64,000 bases of DNA from Candidatus Kerfeldbacteria bacterium CG15_BIG_FIL_POST_REV_8_21_14_020_45_12 (GTDB taxonomy: Bacteria > Patescibacteriota > Patescibacteriia > UBA9570 > XYC2-FULL-38-9), in assembly GCA_002781785.1 (NCBI GenBank), contig PFGC01000037.1:13589-77588 (forward strand). Reading direction: 5' to 3'. Below the pieces are notes generated by a model. It did no database searches. It saw only the letters and a list, made by a program, of their open reading frames with translations, and had not been told where the DNA came from. A program made the translations under genes and the position numbers. Below, in pieces: positions 56,513 to 64,000 of the stretch (position 1 is the stretch's first letter; each line of letters begins with the position of its first letter).

Positions 56513-57877
56513 ATGAGACGTAAAACACAAGGAATATTGGTCACAGCAGTTGGAATTGGTTGTCTATGGGCATCGGCTGCTCTAGCGCTGAACTGGCCAG
56601 CCACAAGTGCTACTTTAGTTGGAAGTGCTAATTCACTTGGTGCTGGATATGAACCTAGTGGTATTGTCGCTTTAGCAGATGGACGAGTGGCTATGGTTGG
56701 AGATGATGGTGATGTAACTTTGATGTCTCAAGAAGGGCAGATTATAGGCAATTGGTCGCCAGGTGGAGATTTGGAAGGCATCACTGAAATTGGCGATGGT
56801 TACGTTTATGTAGCGGTTGAGCACCCAGATACCATTAAACAATTTAATTTATCAACTGGTCAGTTTACAGGTAAGTCTTGGGATTTAACTGGCTGGTTGA
56901 AGGGTAGTGACAATCTCGGCATGGAGGCACTGACCTTTGTGCCAAATGGTCATCATCCTTATGTCTCAGGTTTGGCAGGAGGATTGTTTTACGCTGGCCT
57001 GCAAGCAGACGGAAAGATTTATGTTATTAATGTTGATCTAACGACAACCAACGCGGCTGAATTAGTTGATGTGATAGATTTGGGTAAAACTTCTGATATC
57101 TCCGGACTTGATTTTGATGTTGACACTGGCTTGATGTATGCCTTGTATGATGGGTACAACGAGTTGTTAGAGGCGACTCCAGCTGGTGAGATTTTAAAAA
57201 CCTATTCTGTAGTTGGTAATGATCAAGAGGGTATTGCTTTGGTGCCAAATTGTGAAACGGGGACAGCTTCGGTATTTATCGCTGAGGATGTGGGTCCAGA
57301 AGTATGGAGATATAGCCCATATCCAATCACTTGCCAAGTGGAAGTCCCTCCGGTAGTTGAGGAGCCTCCAATTGAAGAGGTTCCACCAGTTGTGGAGACG
57401 CCTCCAGTAGTTGAGGATCCAGCTCCAGTTGAACCACCAGTTGCTGATCCGGTGCCCAGCGAAACTCCTCCCGCTGATGAAGTTCCGCCAACTACTGAGG
57501 TTCCTGACGAGCCGGTGCCAACCGAAGAGCCTGCACCTACTGCGCCAGTAGAGGATGGTAGTGGTGACGGTGTATCTGAAACAGAGACACCTGTGGTAGA
57601 TCCGCCAGTTGTACCGGAAGATTTTCGTAAACATCACATTAAGCCGCGTAAAGTTAAGGTGCGCTGGAGTGATGTAGCTGATCGATACGAATTGGACTTG
57701 TATACCAAAGGTCGTGGCAAATTGGTCACAAGGTTCACTGGTCTAAATGAAGCAAAAAAAGTCATTGGTAAAAAATATTTGAAGTCGGATAGAAAATACT
57801 GGATCAGAGCCAGGGCTTGCAATGAGGCTGGCTGTTCAGAATATACTCCATATATTAAAATCAAGAATGGTAAATAA
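56513..57877 (+). CDS. Secreted YjiK/SdiA-regulated-like beta-propeller, Pro/Glu/Val linker and basic FN3-like C-domain
   Basis: EPSGI, DLEGIT, GMEALT, DISGL, DQEGIA repeats; PPVVEEPP linker. Confidence 0.8.
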   Translation: MRRKTQGILVTAVGIGCLWASAALALNWPATSATLVGSANSLGAGYEPSGIVALADGRVAMVGDDGDVTLMSQEGQIIGNWSPGGDLEGITEIGDGYVYVAVEHPDTIKQFNLSTGQFTGKSWDLTGWLKGSDNLGMEALTFVPNGHHPYVSGLAGGLFYAGLQADGKIYVINVDLTTTNAAELVDVIDLGKTSDISGLDFDVDTGLMYALYDGYNELLEATPAGEILKTYSVVGNDQEGIALVPNCETGTASVFIAEDVGPEVWRYSPYPITCQVEVPPVVEEPPIEEVPPVVETPPVVEDPAPVEPPVADPVPSETPPADEVPPTTEVPDEPVPTEEPAPTAPVEDGSGDGVSETETPVVDPPVVPEDFRKHHIKPRKVKVRWSDVADRYELDLYTKGRGKLVTRFTGLNEAKKVIGKKYLKSDRKYWIRARACNEAGCSEYTPYIKIKNGK

Positions 57878-57904
57878 GTGTTTATTTCTTGATCTATAAA
57901 TCAT

Positions 57905-58492
57905 ATGAGAAAAAATCTACTTTGGTCGGTTCCAATTATTGCGCTGGTACTGCTAGGAGCTGGTTGCGGTGAAAGTTTAGGTAAGAAGGTAGACGATCAG
58001 GTTGATTCAGCTCAAGCAACTGCTTCCGACAAGATTGCCCAGGAAGCGGCTGAGAGAGCCATGGAAAAAGAGCTTGAGAAAAATGGTCAAGATGGCAACG
58101 TGGACGTCGATGATAAATCAATCAGTATAACTACGGGTGAGGGAGAGTTTGCTATCGGTGAGAACGTGGCATTGCCGTCAGGTTTCCCAAGTGAAATTCC
58201 AATCTATAATGGTAGTAAGATTTCGACTGCCTCAGCTAGCTCAGAAACCAAAGAGTACTCTGCCTCATTAAATACGGAAGATACTTATGAAGATGTAGTA
58301 TCATTTTACAAAGATGCTTTGAATAGTAACGGCTGGACTCTAGGAGACACTAATACAGCTGATTTGAATGGTAGTGGTTTTACACACCTGGAAGCGACCG
58401 GCCATGATCTGTCGCTTAATGTTACAGTCACAAGTGGAGTCAGCTTTGGTGATGGTAAGATTCAGATTTTGCTTGCCACTGAAGCGAAGTAA
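57905..58492 (+). CDS. Putative lipoprotein
   Basis: LVLLGAGC lipobox-like; LPSGFPSEIPIY...FYK..L..NGW. Confidence 0.75.
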   Translation: MRKNLLWSVPIIALVLLGAGCGESLGKKVDDQVDSAQATASDKIAQEAAERAMEKELEKNGQDGNVDVDDKSISITTGEGEFAIGENVALPSGFPSEIPIYNGSKISTASASSETKEYSASLNTEDTYEDVVSFYKDALNSNGWTLGDTNTADLNGSGFTHLEATGHDLSLNVTVTSGVSFGDGKIQILLATEAK

Positions 58493-58530
58493 GATTATTT
58501 TATAAAAACGCCCGCGAGCTGCGGGTGTTT

Positions 58531-59661
58531 TTATTTGCGTTCCAGTTTAGTGACAAGCTCGACGTGGGGTGTATGAGGAAACATATCGACCGCTCGCATA
58601 GCTGATACTTTATAATAATCCTGCAACTGCACCATTTCGCGAGCGAAGTTTTTATAGTTACATGATACATAGACAATGGTAGCCGGTGCTGCCGAAATAA
58701 CATCAGCTAGAGCTTTATCGTGCATGCCGCTGCGTGGAGGATCAAGAATAACCGTATCGGCACCCAGGTCCTTCCAATTAAAACTTTCAGTTTTGGCATC
58801 GTGCCACTCGGCGGTGACGCCATTTAAGGTGGCGTTAATTTTGGCGTCGGCGATGGCTTCTGGTACTAACTCTACTCCAATGGTTCGGTTGGTTTTAGCG
58901 GCCAAAGAAACGCCAAAAAAACCACTGCCACAGTATAGATCAAGCAGAGTTTGATTAGTTAGGTCACCTGCAAATTCAGTGACGGTAGATTGTAATAAAG
59001 CAGCAGCGTGGGGGTTGGTTTGAAAAAAAGCGTTTGGGGTAATACGAAAGGTAAATCCACCAATGCTTTCTTCAATGAATCCAGGACCAGACATGGTTTC
59101 CATTTTATCGCCAAAGGAGACATCAGTGATGGTTGAGTTAACTGACCAAATGATGGTAGTAGCATTACAATTATTAGATAGGGCTACTAAGGCTGCTCGC
59201 GTGGCCTGTTCTTCTATCTCGTCTGTGGGGGCGCTGGTCACAATATTTATCATGGTTTGTCCTAAGGTGCTCGAGCGGACAACCGCGTAACGTAAGAGTC
59301 CTTGATGGGCTTTGCGGTCAAAGAAAGTTAGACCACTGTCTGCCGTCCAGGCTTTGATTGCCACAAACAAATTTTCTATTTGGGTGTCGGCTAGAAAACA
59401 GTGATGACCATCTATTACCTTCCACCACTTTCCTTTTTGACGCATGCCGACGCGACCTTCGAAATCGATAACAAAGTCCATGCGATTACGGTAGTGCTCA
59501 GTCTTGGGAGAGGGGAGTATCTCTGTGCAGGTAAAATCTAATGCCTTCAACCGAAAAGATCCGTTAATGTCGGAGATCTTTTGTTGCAATTGTTTGTCAT
59601 AAGGTATGTGTGACCAGCCACAAGAGCCGCAGACATCTGGATTGGGACATAATGTAGACAT
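58531..59661 (-). CDS. rlmD: RNA (uracil-C5)-methyltransferase, RlmD/TrmA family
   Basis: C...CGSC, YRNRM, AFFQTN, LDLYCGSG, DPPRSG, YVSCN, DMFPHTPHVE. Confidence 0.88.
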   Translation of the reverse strand: MSTLCPNPDVCGSCGWSHIPYDKQLQQKISDINGSFRLKALDFTCTEILPSPKTEHYRNRMDFVIDFEGRVGMRQKGKWWKVIDGHHCFLADTQIENLFVAIKAWTADSGLTFFDRKAHQGLLRYAVVRSSTLGQTMINIVTSAPTDEIEEQATRAALVALSNNCNATTIIWSVNSTITDVSFGDKMETMSGPGFIEESIGGFTFRITPNAFFQTNPHAAALLQSTVTEFAGDLTNQTLLDLYCGSGFFGVSLAAKTNRTIGVELVPEAIADAKINATLNGVTAEWHDAKTESFNWKDLGADTVILDPPRSGMHDKALADVISAAPATIVYVSCNYKNFAREMVQLQDYYKVSAMRAVDMFPHTPHVELVTKLERK

Positions 59662-59760
59662 GACGTTCAGTGTACGGCAATTCTTTGGTTCAAACAATAG
59701 CCTTGCTGAAAAGTACTTTTTGTGGTACAATATTATAAATTAGTTCTTCTGATTCAAAGA

Positions 59761-61782
59761 ATGGAGTCTCGAACAAAAAAAACAATTGGATTAGTATCGC
59801 TATTAGTTTTGCTCATTGGAGCTACAGCCGTAGTCTGGTATTTAATATTATGGCCAAGGTATTTTGCGCCGGTTACTCAAGTTTCAGTTCAGCCTCAAGG
59901 TCAGCAGCAACAGCCGAGTAAAATAAAACCGGACTCAGCGGTAGTAGAAACAACTTCGAATGGTTTGATCAGCGTTGTTTCGGCAGAGGATTTAGCTGAT
60001 TATTTTGCTAGTAGTAACCTCAGCTATGGAGTTGGCGTGCTCCGGAGTGCTTCGGGAGTTGCCGAGACTGATGCTGCCTCAACTGAAACAATTGGTTTCG
60101 GTAGCTCTGATCAGACTGAGCGTTATTCAGAGACCAACGTGCAGGTTTCTGGAATAGACGAGCCTGACATTGTTAAAACAGATGGGGAACAATTATATAT
60201 CGCTCCAGATATTTTATACAGATATGCTTTTTCAAGTGATGTGTCGGAAAACCCCAAGGGAGGGGACGGACAGCAGTTGTCAAAAACAACTATCGTAGAT
60301 GCCTTGCCGGTAGAAGATATCTCTGTACTAGGAAATATAGATGAAGCAGCAACTGATTTATTGTTACACGATGATACCCTAATAGTTTTTTCAGATAGTG
60401 CTGTTACCGGATATGATGTTAAAACTTCAAGTGCGCCCAAGGACTTATGGTCATTGGCTCTAAATCAGGATCAATACTCTAGTGTGGTGATGGCGCGACT
60501 ATATAACGATAATTTGTATTTGGTGACAGTTACTTATCCAGATTCCGCGTTGCCTTGTCCATACGCGCCGTTGAGCACTGCAGCTTTTGATATTGAAATT
60601 TCATGTAGTGACATTTTACGTCCTCAGGCGACAACGGATAGTCGGGGTATTTATACAGTTTTAGTTATTAATCCAGGTACGGGAGAGGTTCAAGCTCAAG
60701 CCGCTTTGGCTGTCGAGAGCTATCAATCCGTCATGACAATGTTTGATGGAGGAATCTACCTGACTTACGTAGAACAGCCTGACCAGTTCTTGGTGTATAG
60801 AGATTTTTTTGCCAACGAAGGAGCGACCTTGATTGATGATGGTTTTACTGCACGTCTGGAAGAAATTGATAGCTACGATATTCATTCGGATAGTAAATTG
60901 ACGGAGTTGTACTATGAAATTCAAAAGCTTGATAGCTCTGCTGATATTGATCAGAATACTGGATTATCAGCCTTTGATTTAGCCTGGACTAAATATCAAG
61001 AAAGCCATGCCCGCGATTTAGAAAAAACTACAATCGTTAGAATGGCTTTGGATGATTTATCGATTGAAGCCACCGGCCAAGTGCCAGGGGATTTGTTAAA
61101 TCAATTTTCAATTGATGAGAGTGACGGATTTCTGAGGTTAGCAACTACTATCCATGGACCAAGCAATGACACTTCGGTGAATGATTTGTATGTGTTAGAT
61201 GAAAATCTTGCAATTGTTGGATCGGTGGCAGACCTAGGAGCGGGAGAGCGAATATATTCAGCTCGTTTCGTTGGAGCTGCTGGTTATATAGTAACTTATC
61301 GAGAGACTGATCCGTTCTTTGTATTTGATCTTTCAAATCCAGAGTTACCTAAGGTGGTGGGAGAGCTTAAGATTCCTGGTTATTCATCTTATCTACACCC
61401 GGTCGATGACGTGTCGGTTTTGGGAGTTGGTAAGAACGAGAAAGGAAAAATAAAATTATCTTGGTTTGACGTGACAGATCCAACAACGCCGGTTGAATCT
61501 AGTAAAGCAGTTATTGAGGAAGATTGGTCAGGCGTTCTTTCAACGCATCATGCTTTCTTACTTGATTCGGTACACTCTGTATTCTTTATACCAGCGGGAG
61601 ATAATGGATATGTTTATAGCTATGCAGGAGGCCTTCTTAAGCAAGTGCAAGAAGTGATTGACATCAAGGCCCGCCGTGCTGTTTATATTAATGATTATTT
61701 ATATATCATCGGAAGCAACTCAGTTGTAGTGCTGGATGAAAGCACTTGGAAAATAGTTGCTACCCTTAATTTAACGAAGTAA
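59761..61782 (+). CDS. Membrane-anchored secreted beta-propeller-domain protein
   Basis: YSETNVQVSGIDEPDIVKTDG, LLNQFSIDE, GERIYSARF, GELKIPGYSSYLHP. Confidence 0.88.
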   Translation: MESRTKKTIGLVSLLVLLIGATAVVWYLILWPRYFAPVTQVSVQPQGQQQQPSKIKPDSAVVETTSNGLISVVSAEDLADYFASSNLSYGVGVLRSASGVAETDAASTETIGFGSSDQTERYSETNVQVSGIDEPDIVKTDGEQLYIAPDILYRYAFSSDVSENPKGGDGQQLSKTTIVDALPVEDISVLGNIDEAATDLLLHDDTLIVFSDSAVTGYDVKTSSAPKDLWSLALNQDQYSSVVMARLYNDNLYLVTVTYPDSALPCPYAPLSTAAFDIEISCSDILRPQATTDSRGIYTVLVINPGTGEVQAQAALAVESYQSVMTMFDGGIYLTYVEQPDQFLVYRDFFANEGATLIDDGFTARLEEIDSYDIHSDSKLTELYYEIQKLDSSADIDQNTGLSAFDLAWTKYQESHARDLEKTTIVRMALDDLSIEATGQVPGDLLNQFSIDESDGFLRLATTIHGPSNDTSVNDLYVLDENLAIVGSVADLGAGERIYSARFVGAAGYIVTYRETDPFFVFDLSNPELPKVVGELKIPGYSSYLHPVDDVSVLGVGKNEKGKIKLSWFDVTDPTTPVESSKAVIEEDWSGVLSTHHAFLLDSVHSVFFIPAGDNGYVYSYAGGLLKQVQEVIDIKARRAVYINDYLYIIGSNSVVVLDESTWKIVATLNLTK

Positions 61783-61792
61783 TAAATTCACT

Positions 61793-62968
61793 ATGGCATT
61801 TAGAGTAAGAAAAGAAGGGGGAGTAGGATCTAGTATTGCGGGTATGTTATTTGGTATTTTAATGATTGTTTTTGGAGCCCCTATTGCAGCTTGGTATGCT
61901 GAGTCTCAACATAGTGCCGAAGATTTTACTTCAGCTACAGTAGTTGAATCTAATACAGAGGCAGAAGGATACATAGTGGTGAAAGATATAGCGGTGTCTC
62001 AGGATGACCTTCTGTGCCCGTATCTGGGATTGAACGGATATGTAGCTGACGCTTCTGATGTAGAAGAATCTGGAAGCGGAGAAAGTGACGTTGCTGTTGT
62101 TTCAGAAAATGAATCTGCTATCCCAGCTCAAGATTCAAATAAATCTTGCTTATATGTAAGCACGACACAGGAACAGTATGAGCGTTCCGAGTACGAGCAC
62201 TGTGGAAAATTATCAAACGATCAAACTGTCATTAGACAACTTGATGATGTTTGTGACTCTAACGGAACTAATTGTGAGTCATGTTATTTAGTCGAGGAGT
62301 ACGATTGGTCTGATGTCGATGAAGGTGTGAGAACTGATTTTGGAGCATTTACGCTGGGAGATTACAACATTGATCCAGAAGATACGCCACGCTTTATTGG
62401 TCTTGAGAAGCTTGTTGAATACGAATTTTTAGAATCAAAAAATGATCCTGTAGAAGGAGACTTCCGCTGGAGCTATGAATTTTTTCCAACCGACCAAGAT
62501 GTATTAGTTGCTGGTAGTTCTGAAAAGAATGAGATTCGTGGAGCCTACGATGGTAAGCCATTTGTGATTTCAAACCTGGCCTATCAAGGAACTCTTGAAG
62601 CAATGCAGCAAAAAGATAAAACTGCTAAGTGGGGATTGAGAATTCTATCCCTCGGCTTTATGGTGTTTGGTATGATCTTGGTGACTGGTCCTCTGACTAT
62701 GTTTACCAATATATTTAGAGCCATCCCAATGGTTGGTAAGTACATGGACAAGGGGCTAGATGCCGTAGTTGGTTTTATAGCTGCCATCATGGGCTTCTTC
62801 TTCTGGGTGATACTTTACGGTATTGTCTTGGTATTAAAAAATATTGTCGCAATTATTATAGTTTTGGCACTGATTGGTGTGGCGATATTTTTCCTTGCAA
62901 AGCGAGGTAAAAAAGAAGATGGGGGAATCCCGCCAGCTTCGCCACCGCAAACACCAGTTTCTTCATAA
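61793..62968 (+). CDS. Membrane protein, TMEM43-like architecture with Cys-containing external domain
   Basis: One N-terminal and three C-terminal TM segments; GDFRWSY; KWGLRILSLGFMVFG. Confidence 0.6.
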   Translation: MAFRVRKEGGVGSSIAGMLFGILMIVFGAPIAAWYAESQHSAEDFTSATVVESNTEAEGYIVVKDIAVSQDDLLCPYLGLNGYVADASDVEESGSGESDVAVVSENESAIPAQDSNKSCLYVSTTQEQYERSEYEHCGKLSNDQTVIRQLDDVCDSNGTNCESCYLVEEYDWSDVDEGVRTDFGAFTLGDYNIDPEDTPRFIGLEKLVEYEFLESKNDPVEGDFRWSYEFFPTDQDVLVAGSSEKNEIRGAYDGKPFVISNLAYQGTLEAMQQKDKTAKWGLRILSLGFMVFGMILVTGPLTMFTNIFRAIPMVGKYMDKGLDAVVGFIAAIMGFFFWVILYGIVLVLKNIVAIIIVLALIGVAIFFLAKRGKKEDGGIPPASPPQTPVSS

Positions 62969-63022
62969 AGCCACGAGTAACAAAAAAGTGAAAATAAAAT
63001 AGGCGCAATTAAAGCGCCTATT

Positions 63023-63385
63023 TTATTTGTCTGCAAGAGCTTTGGTAATTGCTTGTACCGGAAGCAGGGCGCACTTTAGGCGAGTGGGTCCAAGTTCAAT
63101 GCCTAATAGATCAATAACGTCGTCAGGAGTAAGCTGTTTAGCTTTGGTAATTGCTTGTCCGGTAATATCTTCTGTGAGCATTGATGCAGCGGCTTGGCTG
63201 ATGGCGCATCCTTCACCAGTAAACATCACTTCTGCCACTTTTCCGTCGGCCAGTTTGAAAGAAAAAATTAGCTCGTCACCACAGGAACTATTTCGTTCCG
63301 TCTGGATGATGTCAGGATTCTCAACGCTACCGCTGTTTCTAGGGTGGCGATAGTGGTCTAAAATTTCTTCTTGGTAGATATCCAT
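63023..63385 (-). CDS. sufU: SUF system Fe-S scaffold, NifU/SufU family
   Basis: YQEEILDHYRHPRN, NSSCGD, GEGCAISQAAAS, RLKCALL. Confidence 0.92.
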   Translation of the reverse strand: MDIYQEEILDHYRHPRNSGSVENPDIIQTERNSSCGDELIFSFKLADGKVAEVMFTGEGCAISQAAASMLTEDITGQAITKAKQLTPDDVIDLLGIELGPTRLKCALLPVQAITKALADK

Positions 63386-63386
63386 T

Positions 63387-64000
63387 TTATGTCAGTAACT
63401 GTTGGGCTTTTTTGATACCATTGAGTAGAGCAGTAATATCTTCGCTGGTATTGTAAAAATATAAACTAGCACGAGTGGTAGAGGGGACTCCCCATTTCTG
63501 AAGCAGAGGCTGCGCACAGTGGTGACCAGCTCTGACGGCTACCTGACTTTCATCCAAAATAGATGCTACGTCATGGGCATGTACTCCGGCTACTGTAAAA
63601 GATACGATGCTAGTGCGGGCGGCTCGGTCTTTAGGTCCAAAGCTTGTAACTCCTTCAGCAGATTGAATGCCTTGCCAGAGCTCATTATAAAGTTCATCAA
63701 CTCGAGCATGAATAGCATCAAGGCCAATGTTTTGAAGGTATTTAATAGCGGTCCCTAATCCAATAACACCAGCAATATTGGGTGTGCCTGGCTCGTGCTT
63801 GGCAGGCAGAGCGGCCCAGGTTGATCGCTCTAAGGTAACTTTATCAATCATGCTCCCACCGCCGTAGACAGGTTCCAGCCGGTTTAGTAAATCGCGCTGG
63901 CCATATAATACGCCCACGCCAGTTGGTCCACATAATTTGTGTCCCGAGAAAGCTAGCATATCAGCTCCGAGGTCCTGAACATTGATGGGTTGGTGTGGAG
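63387..64000 (-). CDS. sufS: Cysteine desulfurase SufS (5'-truncated by window)
   Basis: FSGHKLCGPTG, VRAGHHCAQPL, RASLYFYNT. Confidence 0.95.
   Translation of the reverse strand, partial: PHQPINVQDLGADMLAFSGHKLCGPTGVGVLYGQRDLLNRLEPVYGGGSMIDKVTLERSTWAALPAKHEPGTPNIAGVIGLGTAIKYLQNIGLDAIHARVDELYNELWQGIQSAEGVTSFGPKDRAARTSIVSFTVAGVHAHDVASILDESQVAVRAGHHCAQPLLQKWGVPSTTRASLYFYNTSEDITALLNGIKKAQQLLT

Noticed and set aside
57340-57615. Imperfect tandem repeats
   Set aside because: They encode the Pro/Val/Glu linker of a surface protein and are not a separate DNA element.
1-64000. Alternative genetic code (UGA=Gly) and CRISPR arrays
   Set aside because: TGA ends genes at expected positions (rpsC, secY, zwf) and conserved ORFs are intact under code 11; no regularly spaced direct repeats were seen.

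Overview
A mostly housekeeping window from a low-GC (about 40-45% by spot counts) bacterium using the standard genetic code. It is very probably Patescibacteria/CPR: rpmD/L30 is absent between rpsE and rplO, AspRS lacks the GAD domain, and native genes have almost no Shine-Dalgarno (SD) sites. It holds the distal S10-spc operon to secY-adk-map, recR/ybaB/dnaB, asnS-aspS, scpA/scpB, gap, zwf, CIRCE-hrcA-grpE-dnaK-dnaJ, cysS, dnaX, a VirB4/VirD4-like ATPase, sufS/sufU and three tRNAs. Three things stand out. (1) Six GC-rich single-gene transcription units are embedded among the low-GC genes (about 26740-27600, 32928-33600 and four in tandem at 38880-41871). Each has a native-type sigma70 promoter, the GC rises at about the predicted +1 and falls after the terminator, the five coding units have SD sites, and five of six end in the same TC-T7/8-A tail. 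One hypothesis is that these RNAs are tuned for a GC-rich host's translation machinery. (2) A complete trp-style attenuator with an unannotated leaderless leader peptide MKFCVNNNDNNDTQLQLVPLS lies upstream of aspS. (3) A second leader-ORF and terminator attenuator lies upstream of an ABC exporter. All calls come from reading the sequence by eye; no searches were run.
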